Notes: generated from the sequence alone by a model not told the origin. A stretch of 63,999 bases of DNA, filler included, from Rhabdomonas costata (GCA_019059605.1; 38 parts of 38 records of this genome joined end to end with filler, not necessarily neighbours in it); one strand, 5' to 3'; shown: positions 50,508 through 62,418, counted from the whole stretch's first letter. Translations and numbers: made by a program.

Positions 50508-50616
50508 CAACANNNNNNNNNNNNNNNNNNNNNNNNNNNNNNNNNNNNNNNNNNNNTTAATTAATTAANNNNNNNNNNNNNNNNNNNNNNNNNNNNNNNN
50601 NNNNNNNNNNNNCTCG

Positions 50617-51576
50617 TTGGCCTTTGCTAGGCAGTGCCTGGAATGGGCCCAGGAGCAGTACCCAGAGGATGCGCTTGCTGTGGGGACCTGCCGGTGGTGG
50701 ACTGCTGGGGAGGAAGACCCTGCGCGGAAGGCTCCCTATCGAGTGATCAACAACGCTCTTCGCCCGGCAAGCCGCAAGACTGTGGCCTCTCTGGACTTGG
50801 TGATGCCCGCAGTGTGCCTGTTAACCTGGGCGCTGGAAAACCTTCCTCGGGCCCCGGAGTTTGCCCGAAAGCCTGCCGCTGTGTACCGGGTGGTGCCATG
50901 GTTGTTTCCTGACCCCCAGCATTACGACCCCTCCGCCCACTTTCAAGAAGGGACGGTGGTGACTACGTATGACTTCAGGGCGGCCAGCCGATCTTTGGCT
51001 ATTGCCTCGAACTCGAATTTCTCGAAGCCACGATGGGTGGGCGAGGAGCAGCAGGACAAGGGCCACTACCTGCTTATGGAGGACTTGCTTCCTGAGATTA
51101 GCTTAGACAAGGTTGTTTCTGCAGCGCGAGAGGATTCTAGCATGTGCAAGGGTTGTGTTGATGGCACTCGCTATGACTATGAGGTGGTCTTTGCAGTGAA
51201 TACAGCCGTTGCAGATGGCCCTCATCCTGCTCTGGATGAGATTCTTCTGTCGAGCTCGGACAGCTCCGAAGTGATTCGAGCGTTTCCCACCACAAACTTC
51301 TCGACCCATTTTGTGATCGAGAACGCCCGAGTGAGTTATCTGTCTCCGCTAAGCTTCTTCCCGGAGGAGGATGAAGTCCTGTTTCCTCCAATTTCTCGGT
51401 TCCTTGTCCGCGAAGTGGAAAGGAACTTTCCCAGGAATCCGGACAAGGTTACCCTGGCCTTCTTCACTCCCAAGAGCTCGGCATCCCCGCAGCACTATCG
51501 ATGTGAGAGTGTTTCCCCGTTTGTTCTCCAGATGGAGATTGCAGCCACCCAGCCCGTCCCCTTGCTAAGTCCATGA
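50617..51576 (+). CDS. R-S-E class (ARTC/exoenzyme-like) ADP-ribosyltransferase domain protein, probably 5'-partial, with a 93-aa insertion
   Basis: Motifs YRVINNALR, VYR (50881-50889), FRAASRSLAIA..NF (STS-equivalent) and SFFPEEDEVLFPPISRFLV (ExE at 51367-51375). 319 codons with no stop. Confidence 0.85.
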   Translation: MAFARQCLEWAQEQYPEDALAVGTCRWWTAGEEDPARKAPYRVINNALRPASRKTVASLDLVMPAVCLLTWALENLPRAPEFARKPAAVYRVVPWLFPDPQHYDPSAHFQEGTVVTTYDFRAASRSLAIASNSNFSKPRWVGEEQQDKGHYLLMEDLLPEISLDKVVSAAREDSSMCKGCVDGTRYDYEVVFAVNTAVADGPHPALDEILLSSSDSSEVIRAFPTTNFSTHFVIENARVSYLSPLSFFPEEDEVLFPPISRFLVREVERNFPRNPDKVTLAFFTPKSSASPQHYRCESVSPFVLQMEIAATQPVPLLSP

Positions 51577-51917
51577 CAAGCTTTTCTTGCAGTGTTGCAT
51601 CAATCCGTGGTCTTTTTGCTCTTCAAAGATGAGCAGTTCAACACGAGCAGTTTAGTGAAAAGAACGTTTTCACTCTTTGAGACAATTAGGGTGTTTGAAA
51701 GTTGCTTCTTCCGTGTCATTGTGTGCCAGTGGGAACGTTTCCGGGATTTTACTCCTCTATTCGTTTGTATTGCTCGTCGTCGTTGCTGCTGCTGCTCGAT
51801 TGTTTATGCGAAGTTTGCACTTCCCCTGCTTTGAAAAGTGTCCCGAAAAGATTTATGATGTAAAAATGCGCGTCCATCACAGTTCCACTGTGCTCATGAT
51901 GACGTGACCTATTCCCT

Positions 51918-52193
51918 CTAAAAGGTTGCTCTTTCAAGCACTGGCACAGTTGGCTTCGCCTCGTAATGAGATGTTTGCCGTGTGTAATTCCATTTCTTTT
52001 GAACATTGTCATCGAATCGCTTCTCAACAGGTAACGGCATTTTTGCCACCGAATCGGGCGCATTTAACGTGACAGTGACTCTGAATTTTGGTTGGGCAGG
52101 TTCCACAACAGCGTAGCGCACGTCTGTCGAAGACCCCTCCGGGGTGGCAGTCTCGCCACGCATGCTGACTGTCGTTGGGTCGAAATTTGACAC
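51918..52193 (-). CDS. Possible 3' end of an unknown gene convergent on the ART gene
   Basis: Open from the contig edge for ~92 codons with plausible composition but no motif. Confidence 0.3.
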   Translation of the reverse strand: MSNFDPTTVSMRGETATPEGSSTDVRYAVVEPAQPKFRVTVTLNAPDSVAKMPLPVEKRFDDNVQKKWNYTRQTSHYEAKPTVPVLERATF

Positions 52194-52396
52194 ACAAACN
52201 NNNNNNNNNNNNNNNNNNNNNNNNNNNNNNNNNNNNNNNNNNNTTAATTAATTAANNNNNNNNNNNNNNNNNNNNNNNNNNNNNNNNNNNNNNNNNNNNA
52301 GGCTTGGGTTTTTGCAGGGAGGCTTGGAGCGGGAGGGAAAAGAAGCTTTAATTGAGCAATGGGCTATGGGCGATGGGCCCCGCAAAAGCAACGCGT

Positions 52397-53886
52397 TCAG
52401 CGTGCTGCCGGACGGAGGGGAGTGAGCGACCCCCTCACTTCCGCCCAACGCCGCTCAGTGTCTACCTCAACATCTTCCGCGCCTGGGCTGCGCTCCCGTC
52501 GAGGTGCGAGAGAAGCTAAATGAGCGAGGGTACCCGCCTGACAACGGCGAAGCAGAGGAAGATAAGCATGCAGAACGAAAGAGGGAAGCGATTATGGTAC
52601 AACCTTTCCGACACACCTACAGACACATCCATCCACACCCACTCCTGCACACTCACACACACTCACTGCACAAATCACGTGAAATGTGGAGTGGGGGGTG
52701 TGGATGGGATGACCGTATTGGTCCAGCATCGCCGCGACCAGGCCCACCATGCCACTGCTTAGGCTAGGTTGCCGAAGCATGGGTTCCAGCATGGCAGGGA
52801 GTAAAACCCCAGTGGCCTCAAGGCCAGAAAAGCGCGAGGAGCCAGCCTCTGGCATCCAGCCTGCAGTGGAGGACAACCCGTTGGAAACTTCGACGCCGGA
52901 GTACCTGTGGTTAAACACACCAAGACAATCAGGCAGACACTCCAAACTCCAAAAAAAATGCCATCCTTCTACTCCTCATGGGACCTACCGTTGAGTACAC
53001 ACAAATTCTACGCTCATGACGGGCGACAGTTATGCTTGGGGGGGGGGTATAATTCTAGTACTAGTAGAAGCGAGAGACGAAGAATAAGAGATAGCCGACA
53101 ATAGACGAAATCCATCATTCTGGAAAACTCAATCCGAAAACACGCTCACACGGAAAGCCACAGCTTCGTACAGGCACACGTCTGATAATCATTATCACAC
53201 TGATACAGGTGATCGCCCCGATTCCGCACAGAGAACAACAACACATCTTTACCTGTTCACGTAGGTCGTGCCTGTAGACGGGCTGGGGTGCATGCACTCC
53301 TGGGCCCACGAGGCCAGAGCGGCTCCAAGAAATGCCATGCGCTTCTCGAAAAGCACGTCATAGGCCCCACTGTGAAGTCGAGCCAGCGCCAGAGACTGCG
53401 GGGAGTTCAGAGGAGCTCCCGATATGCCCTGGGGAGGAGGGAAAGCAGGGCTCCGCGGCAAGACGAAGAAGGATGGTGGTGCGGTTCCCAATTCAAGGAA
53501 TGGAAAGGAAAGGAAAAGTTGAGGGTGGGGAGAGCAATGGCTGTTGCGGACTGAAACACATATTGCAGAATACGTATACAAGGAAAGGTCCAGGTTCTCG
53601 GTTGACAGCAGAGTTCATGTCTTTTGTCAAAATACCACCCATTCGTTACCATGCACAGGTCCAGCTCACAATAAAGGGCACTACGGGTATTCGCGAAATC
53701 GTTTGTGATAGTGACCTGAGAGAAACAGGGAAAGCAAACCGAGGGCAGCTCAGCATCAACCACGGCGGCCAGCTTTGCCTCCACCTCCTGAGGGGACATG
53801 TAGATCAGATCCTCTGCGCTGACTCCCGCTCCGCCCATGGCCTGCTCCTCCTCCTGCACACCCACAAAGCCTGCCAAGTCGGCTGC
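52397..53886 (-). CDS. C-terminal part of an unknown protein; exons 53740-53886, 53650-53715, 53253-53428, 52748-52904, 52397-52537
   Basis: All junctions are GT-AG and phase-compatible (0,0,2,0), ending in TGA at 52397. Confidence 0.65.
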
Positions 53887-53995
53887 NNNNNNNNNNNNNN
53901 NNNNNNNNNNNNNNNNNNNNNNNNNNNNNNTTAATTAATTAANNNNNNNNNNNNNNNNNNNNNNNNNNNNNNNNNNNNNNNNNNNNTGTTTCTCA

Positions 53996-54100
53996 TGTGC
54001 TTAGTTCACCCCTGCTATCTCTTTCGTTCCTTCCTGTAAATTGTTTGTTTTTAGTGTTACACTCGTCCCGCACTCTGGTGCCTGTGCCGCAGTGCCGTGA
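53996..54100 (+). repeat. Repeat family A, copy 2
   Basis: Inverted relative to 55446-55550 and direct relative to 3365-3419. Confidence 0.9.
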
Positions 54101-55445
54101 AGTGTTCTGGTTTCCTCAGACTTGGTCTGAAAGGAAACAGCAGCCAAAGCGCGCACTGCCCGTCTGCCCATTCCGACAGACAAAGCAGGAAAGGAAAGCC
54201 CAGGCATTCTTATGAGCGGGAAGCGGTGGGATGAACTCCGTCCCTCCCCCATCACCCGGCCCACCACCACCACGGATGAGCCTGAACAAAACCACCCCAT
54301 CTGACGCAACCCTCACGCTGTCCAGGGCGGAGACCTTGCACCGAAGTCGACGACACTAAATCGGAGAAAGCAGCATTTAATTGAGCGGAGATTAGGGTCC
54401 GAAGCACATTTGCTGTTAAACCGTTGAACCGAAGGTTTAACGGTTGCGTTCGGCATCCGACCGGGTGCACCCACTGTTTTCTGCATCAACAGTCTTGCGT
54501 GGCGCTGAGTCTTCTTCTCCTGAGAAGACCGCTGAGGCTAAGGGATGACCAGAAGCAACTTCTACAGAGAGAGACAGAGAGAGATCTGGGGGTTTCCCAT
54601 TGGAAATTCTGAAGATTGCACGGCTCTACCATACTTTCGGCGTCGAGCCACCTGATCGAGGAAAGGGTTAGTAGGGTTCTCAACAGGACCAGGGATGTAA
54701 AAGATAAAACTAGAATAAAGAATATTTGTTCAAAAGAACCTCCTGCCATGATTCGATGTCCGACACAGCCAGCATTATTTCTTCAATTCGGGTAAACCTA
54801 ATACTAAAAAGCGCTGCAATGACTATCCTACTTTATACACAAGTGAGTTAAGAAAGCTCCAGCACCATTTGGTTGAGTCTGGGATCAGAGAAAAACTCAG
54901 ATTGTTTAGTTTTCTAATTTATCTTTTTGGTTTTTTTGTGTGCTTTTTTCACTCCAAAGATTTAATGGCGGAACATTAATGGAGTAGCAAGAGAAGGCAG
55001 CGCTGTGTGCGTTGCAAAATCAGGCTGAAAGGAAATGCCGTTTACGCTCTTGGAAGAGCCACGATTAACGACAAAAGGGGAAAGTGTGGAAAGGAGAGCG
55101 CCGTCGAGAGTGCCCCCGGAAAAGAAGTGGCTTCAGCGAACCCAGGTCCTGATATTGGGTGGCGCGAGCGAAACTCCCGGAAAACTTTCCGGAGAAACCC
55201 CATGGAGACGGGGGCCCATCCAAATTTTAAAATCTTTTCAACCAATGTTTTCTGCCGAAATCCTGACGCCCATTGCTTTTCTGACGCCACCTATCCAGGG
55301 CTGGGAAAAAGTGCAACCTGCAAAATCACTGCGAGACCAGGAAGGACAAGGTGGTCCCTAATTCCACTCGCTAATAGCAGACTCACAAGAATTTTAAAGT
55401 TTTTTTTCGCATTTTGGACCCTTCCAAAATTTGAGGGGTAGAAAA

Positions 55446-55550
55446 TCAACGGCACTCCGGCACAGGCACAAGAGTTCGGGAAGAGTGCAACACAAAAAAC
55501 AAACAATTTACAGGAAGGTACGCGAGAGAGATAGCAGGGAACTAAGCACA
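55446..55550 (-). repeat. Repeat family A, copy 3 (inverted, diverged)
   Basis: Reverse complement of 53996-54100 with scattered substitutions and indels. Confidence 0.9.
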
Positions 55551-55728
55551 AAACAAACAAACACACCCTACACNNNNNNNNNNNNNNNNNNNNNNNNNNN
55601 NNNNNNNNNNNNNNNNNTTAATTAATTAANNNNNNNNNNNNNNNNNNNNNNNNNNNNNNNNNNNNNNNNNNNNAAAGGACCTTAACTGTACCACTGAAAG
55701 CAGGTGAAGGGAGGGGGGCGCAGCTCAC

Positions 55729-57235
55729 CCCGTCCGCAACAACGGCATCGAAACTCAGATCCACTGACGTCTCTTCCCGCAGAGTCCCCGCAGTGGGGCT
55801 GAGAAGCTCCGGCAGCCGCGGGGTGTGGGGCACATCAAAGGTGACTGTGGCAAGCACAGAGAAGTTGGCGTCCGAGAGGTATTCCGGCAGCTCCGTGACG
55901 GAGTACTCGAAGGCGGTGAAGTTCTTGCCCCATCCCACTAGCGGGGCGATGTAGCCAAGCTGGCAGGCCTTGCTGACAACCTCGGTACCCGGCGTGGTGA
56001 TGGGAGTAGCGGGAATACCAAGCCAGAGATCTGGGGCCTGATAAAGCACTCCTGGATGTGATCGTGCACACATTCTTGCTCGTACGAAAGATGGCCAATG
56101 AAACACCAAGTGGCTCTCTTCTATAAAAAATGCGTCTGCGGCCCCTATTAAACTGAAGATCAGGGTACGTGTCGAAAGCGGTGGATTAACGCTACAGATC
56201 ACGTGTTTACTTGCGCTAAGAGAAAAAGGTGGCGTTTCGGATGCAGGAACGGACAAAGACTGAGGAACGTGAAGGGACGAAATGGGAAAGTCAGCGAGGA
56301 ATAAGCATGGAAGACAGGTGGGTTACGTTAGTTCGGGAGCAGGAAGGAAACCCAAAATACAAAGCACACTTGGGAGGAGGAACCGCCCAGATGTGTGACG
56401 GTGAAGTGTGTGTATGCGTGGATCATGGTGCATCACGTTGATAATGCACTGCCGCAAGACATAATTGGACCAGATCCAGAGAACAACCATAGGCTCACAC
56501 ACCAGTCGCCGGAAGGCTCCGCACAGTGCACCGCAGCATCGCACCACCCGCATCCGACACCGGCAGACCAAAGAACACCATCTGTCCCGAGACTCCCTGC
56601 ACGGTGAGCCTGTCAGCCACTGGAGGGTCGTCCCGGCGCAGAAGAATCCTGCCCTAGTCCAAGGAAAAAGGGGGGCAATAAACTCACGGCACGCCAAAGG
56701 GTAGGATGGGAGTCCTTACACCCAGGTTTGAATTTATCCCACACTCTCAACGCCGCCCTGAAATGGCAGTGGAATCGAACCCTTGGCAGGATGCAGGAGA
56801 AAAAGAGGGGCAAGATCATCACTGTAGTCCTTTGTAACCGGCACGCGAATATTCCATACGCAAATGCTTTGCACATCAGCTCCGATCCTCAGCCTCACAT
56901 CACACACTGATTTGTGCGGATGGATTGGCATCCTTTCGCAGTGTTGACCAGGGGGATGTTTTAATGTGATGGCAACGCGTGTTCTACCGCCTCGCAGCGG
57001 GCCCACGCAGTCCAGCCTGACAAATAGTATCGACCGAACGGGATTGCAGAAAACCGATAAGATGAGAGAGGGCAAGCCGATACGTAGTACGCACGAACAC
57101 ACTTGAATAGCGGTGGTGCCGCTGTACTGAATCGTATCACTGGTGAAGCCGAGATCCCCGCAGAAGTACTTCAGCACAGACCCTTGGCTGACGAAGGAAC
57201 CCACCGACAGGGCCGTCCCATCCACCGACAGTGCC
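55729..57235 (-). CDS. Surface protein with Big_9/cadherin-like (tandem-95-like) repeats; exons 57103-~57235, 56503-56653, 55729-56051
   Basis: DDPPVAD...LPVSDAGGAMLRCTVRSLPATG|VLYQ...GYIAP..G..FTAFEYSVTE...ATVTFDV..P matches the repeat pattern. Junction phases 0 and 1 are consistent. Confidence 0.7.
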
Positions 57236-57492
57236 CCCCCAACCCAACCACACCCAACACNNNNNNNNNNNNNNNNNNNNNNNNNNNNNNNNNNNNNNNN
57301 NNNNTTAATTAATTAANNNNNNNNNNNNNNNNNNNNNNNNNNNNNNNNNNNNNNNNNNNNGTGGTTTTTGACATTGTTTGCTGCAGTTGTCTGTGATTTT
57401 AGTCTGAACCATTGGCACCCCGTTTGTGCGGGCATGCCCTGTTGTTGGTTTCTTGGTTGGCGGGTTTTTGCTAGTGTATGCGTTTCCTTTAG

Positions 57493-57607
57493 CAACCGCT
57501 CCGCGGCGTACTGCGCTTCCGAGCAATATTCGAAGGCTTTTGATGACGCAGTCAAGGAGACCTTCAGGGAGATAGCCACGCCTCCGAACTGTTCCCAGCC
57601 GGACAAT
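57493..57607 (+). CDS. Exon with a TPR motif (3' boundary uncertain)
   Basis: TTTCCTTTAG acceptor, then (S)NRSAAYCASEQYSKAFDDA, the SNRSAAY....Y..A..DA TPR consensus. Confidence 0.5.
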
Positions 57608-60600
57608 GTGTGTCTGCTCCCAACATCTCTTCACCAATCAAAACGACGAGTTGTTTTAACATCTAGGGCGATGCGATGCTCGCCATGTGGTTTGCCCCTT
57701 GGACCATGCTCAAGACCCCCGATGGGGAGACGAACTAGTCAAATTCAAGGGTTACAGGCTCGCATCTCGCCGAGCAGCAAAAACGAGGGTCCGAAGTACC
57801 ACGAGATCAACGAAACCACGTGGTGCTTTTCAGGCCAGCGGCGAAAACGCTTGGCCTGTTCCCCTCTTTGAACCCGCAAAAGCTCAGAGGCCCCCAGGTT
57901 TCTCTCGACGATCAACGAGACCATTAGCAAACTTGCTCTTGCAAGAACTTGGGTAAGGTATGAAATTGGGCAGAGTGTGCAAAAGAATTGGAGAATAGGC
58001 GAGAACTCGGAAGAGAACTGGGACGTTTGTCGTTGCGAGATTTAGAAGAGTGGATGAGGCCTATGGTGACAATGTCCTGTTTGTCACCTACTGGGGACCT
58101 GGGAGATGCGTAGTGAATTGCGAAAATTTTCACAGCATTGGAATCAAAGTACCGGTGGCGCAGAACAGCGTTTTCGCTGCCTTGAGGTGTCCCGAAAAAG
58201 CTTGCGACTCATAGATCGCTTGTCGAGCCAATAGCTGGAAATGAAAACAGCAAGAAAGATTTCCTAAAAAAAAAAAGTGAGATGTTTGAAGGCAAGGCAC
58301 TCTGATGAGCGCCGCCTCCTGATGAAGAACGGGGATCTTCAGGGAAGCGATGTATTTCAGCATTTTGCTAACACTATTCAAACGAATGGGATTTTACTTT
58401 GTTTCATGCTTTCTTTTGCTGTGTGTGGTTCCCTGTCTTGTACGCAGGTTCTTACAATCAAATTTGACCGGCCAGAACTTCGAATTCCGGAGGCTCATAA
58501 CACACACACACACACACACACAAATTGAAAGGTTAATGACAAGATCGGCGACCGCTTCTTGACATTGCGGCCCAAGCGCGGAAGGTTTACAAGAAGGCAA
58601 CATCGGGCAATTATTTCCCGTTCCATTCCGTCACCGTGCAATAGATTTGCTAAACGGGGACTGGGAGGGGACTGCGCCGGACCGAGCCATTCGACACGAA
58701 GAAGTAGCTTTTCTGCAAAAGTTCGCTGAAGAAGTGCGGCAGCTGAGTAAGAAGCCCGCGCCAACCCCAAAGGGTTGCCCGGAGAATACGCTTGATGACC
58801 TGATGTTCGCCTTCTGATATTGAATTGACAGATGTTGTGCATTGGTTCATGTCCGTCTGAACTTCACGTTGTGGCTTGCCTCGGGTGCGCCTCAAATCCG
58901 CTTTTTAAAATCGCTTTTTCTGGCGTTTGGCTATTTACACAACACANNNNNNNNNNNNNNNNNNNNNNNNNNNNNNNNNNNNNNNNNNNNTTAATTAATT
59001 AANNNNNNNNNNNNNNNNNNNNNNNNNNNNNNNNNNNNNNNNNNNNGGGGTGTGGTTGGTTGTGTTGTGAAACAGCATGGGCGACGGGCGCTGAAACGGG
59101 AGCTGGCGCTGGAGCTGGAGCTGGTAGCGGAGATGTGTGCTGCCGACCTGCTGCGCAGGTTACCCATACTACTGGATGGGGGGAGGCATTCTTGGCAATT
59201 AATGGCTGGCTCTTCCCTTGGTCGTGCTAGCGATGGAGGGTACTAGCGGTGGACGAGAACTTTGTGGGCAAGAGGTACATTAGTTTTTGTTTGCGGTAGG
59301 GAGACAGAGGACTTACCCGAACATGATGAAGGCGCACACTTGCGCGTGCCTTTTTACCGCGTACCTTGGCCTACGTGCACGCGCAAGAACCATCCCTTAT
59401 GCAACTCGCACATACATGTTCACACACTTTCACACATCATCAGGCTCGCCGCGGCTCCTCTGAAGAGTTCCCCGCTCTGGCCATGCTCGTCAAACGTGCG
59501 TTCGTGCGCCCCCCACCCCTAATATCCCTCTCAGGCAGGTTCACGTTACACAGAGCGCTCCAAACCTCTTGGGTCACCGGTTGTCCAACCCCGACCGACT
59601 TGTCTTTCCTCTTACCTTGTTTTTTCATGTTTTATCTGCCAAGAAAGAGCACTGCACGAGCTGAGAGCTATAAAGAAGCTCCAAACTGAAAGAAAAATGA
59701 GATGGGCAGGAAACGATGAAGTAAATGCAGGGCGATTGGTTGTCGAGCGAGAAATGGAAATAGGCATGCGCACCTGAGCACTAATCCTTCTTCTGTCTAG
59801 CTGCGATTTAACATATGTCTGAAATGAGCTGCCGTTCACGTTCAGTGTAAGGTTTCCTTTGAAGGGATAACCCGATTTCATCGAGTTCGTTTCATCTCCT
59901 GTTGGGCTAGGTTGTGGGTGTGCACCTGGAGAGTGTTCGACCCTTGAGCAGATGTACGACCTTATCCAACCCGAAAATGGTGTGCGTGTGAGTGAAAATG
60001 GTATTGTTAGGATCGCTGTTGTTGTGAATATCGCATCGAATGTTTTTTCACACCCAAAGAAAGGCTTGCTTCCGTACCACACACCCCTGAGTCATATGTA
60101 TGTTGGCCCAATGGAAGTTGGGGGAAGGGGTAACAGTTACCTCTGGTAACGCAAAACTGGCTTAAATTTTTTTGCTGAATTAACTATAAAAAACCGTCGC
60201 GTAAAATATGCCAGCACCCTCGAAATGACTGGCTCGGATATGGCCGGGCAAGTAGGAATGACTTTTTAAAATATGCCCCCATAGTAGAAATTGTTTCGAG
60301 TGGTAACCGTTACCACTCCCCCTCCCCTCCCAACTTCCCATGCAACCGTATCTTAGCTTGCCCACTTCAGGTAACTGTACTTTCAACTGTACTTTCAATA
60401 AAAAAATCGTTTGCGCAGGTGTTCGTGGACATATCGCCATGGACATTTTTATTTGCATAATCATAAACCTGAAGAAAAAAGTTGCTCCTCCAAGAATAAC
60501 AGGAAAGCAAACAACCCAATGGATTTTTTTTACAACAAATCACCTCAAGTTTTTATTATGAATTATTGTGAATGAATCTAATGTTCGCCAAAATCACTGT

Positions 60601-62418
60601 TTTACAACAATTACTGCATTGTTTGCTCTCANNNNNNNNNNNNNNNNNNNNNNNNNNNNNNNNNNNNNNNNNNNNTTAATTAATTAANNNNNNNNNNNNN
60701 NNNNNNNNNNNNNNNNNNNNNNNNNNNNNNNGGGGGTGGGTCGGTACTCCATGGCACAGTGAACCCCTGGTACTTCCGGTGGGCACCCGTGGCCAACAGC
60801 ACGTGCGCGCGCCAGCGGTTGTGGTCACCAACAGCCATCAGGCAGCGATCAGCGAGGAAACAGCCAGCACGCTGTGCCCACAGCATTTCTGTAGACTTGT
60901 GTTTAGGGTGCGGCAAAGAAGACACAGATGCGGGGAAGGGCGAGAGGTGTCGTGTGGTGTGACTGAACGAATGAACAGGCGCATGTTCCGAGGCACATGA
61001 AACACCGTAACACACACATACACATCAGGGGAGTCGGCGTGAAAGCCGTGCGGGGTCAGCACGCCCCTGATGAGGGGTAGAGTCACAGTCCGACTCCCCG
61101 GAAACTGAGTACACCGCACAGCGAGCTAACGAGCAGATCCCGGCCCAGTGCCTCAACACACACATACACATGCACGCTCACGCGCACCAGTGCCTTCCAT
61201 TTGGGCACTCACCGCAGGGGAGCTGCATACGGTCACCAACACCCAGCATTTTGAACACCGAGTCGTCCCCTTGCTCATTTTATTCTTGCCCCCGAGTCTT
61301 GTGCAGAAATTATGTCTCAGCAAGTTTTGGGAGTTTTTGCAAGAATCTTCCATGGGAGCCGAGCTTCCGGTTGTCTCTTGGGTCCCCCCCCTTTTCTTTG
61401 GGTGTTTTTCGACTCGATGACTCAGCCTTTGTTTTTGTTTTGATTCTTTTCCATTTGTGGTGACCCCGCCCTTGTCCCTCTTTTTGTGATTCTTTCATTT
61501 CTTTTTCCTTCCCAGCAATATAAATGGTTCGTAATGTGGTCCGGGCCCTCCGCTGATGTTGACCTGTCAGCGACGATGAATCAGGAACTGCGCTCTCGAG
61601 GCTCCTCCGGGTTTGTGCCAGGCACCTTTTTCTGTCAGGGGTTTAAGTGGTTGTGAACTTTTTTGGTCTCGCCGAGCTCCTTGCTCACCAAAAATCGAGA
61701 GCTCCTGGGTGTATCTTTTGTGGGGTCCCCACTCACAATAAAGCATTATTTCTCCCAAAATTGGTATTTGCACTCCATGTTTTCAATTCAAAGTAATATA
61801 AACAAATGCTGAAGAAACGCAACGGAAACACTGTCGCACCCAGAGAAGGGCACATTTTGTTGCTGCCTGCGGAGGTACCCCTTTTGTGTCTGCGCTCCTC
61901 TCGTTGGTGTCCTCCCATTGGTCAATAAGGATCATGCAGGCCATGAGCGCATGGCAAATCGGCTGTGGATGCACCACACTTACTTCGTTTGGCTGCTGTG
62001 GTGAAAGACTTTGTCCGTGTCGTCCTTCACCATCAATTTCCGCCTGTGCCTCCGGAGTACTTCGGGTTTCCTTTTTACTCCACCACAGGCATGAGTCTGG
62101 GATGACCGCTGGGCTCTCTTCAGAACCAGAACAGGGCCATGTCATTGGAGGCTTTGGTGGGCCCCAGCCCACTGCAGGGGGTGGCTCACGTGGCTATATG
62201 GGTATTATCCCCCCCCCTCCCTCTCCACGCACACTCCCATGCTCTTGAATAGCATCGACACCACAACTTATTACTTCACTTCACTTCACTTTTCTCTGAT
62301 GCAATACCACCACCCCACNNNNNNNNNNNNNNNNNNNNNNNNNNNNNNNNNNNNNNNNNNNNTTAATTAATTAANNNNNNNNNNNNNNNNNNNNNNNNNN
62401 NNNNNNNNNNNNNNNNNN

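Larger units (their letters stand above)
1588..62418. other. 37 artificial contig-joining linkers (N44-TTAATTAATTAA-N44); first at 1588-1687, last at 62319-62418
   Basis: An identical 100-nt spacer with stops in all six frames recurs every ~1.69 kb. Contig lengths are nearly uniform, as in a size-sorted concatenation. Confidence 0.99.

Noticed and set aside
51025-51303. Intein in the ART gene
   Set aside because: It lacks a C-terminal His-Asn followed by C/S/T and is shorter than typical mini-inteins.
54200-55400. SGNH esterase-like motifs (RDGVHP, VLILGG) between the family A repeats
   Set aside because: The motifs are on opposite strands in short frames, compatible with chance.
1588-62418. 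Regularly spaced TTAATTAATTAA repeats as a CRISPR-like or biological array
   Set aside because: They are always embedded in N44 runs, so they are an artificial six-frame-stop linker.
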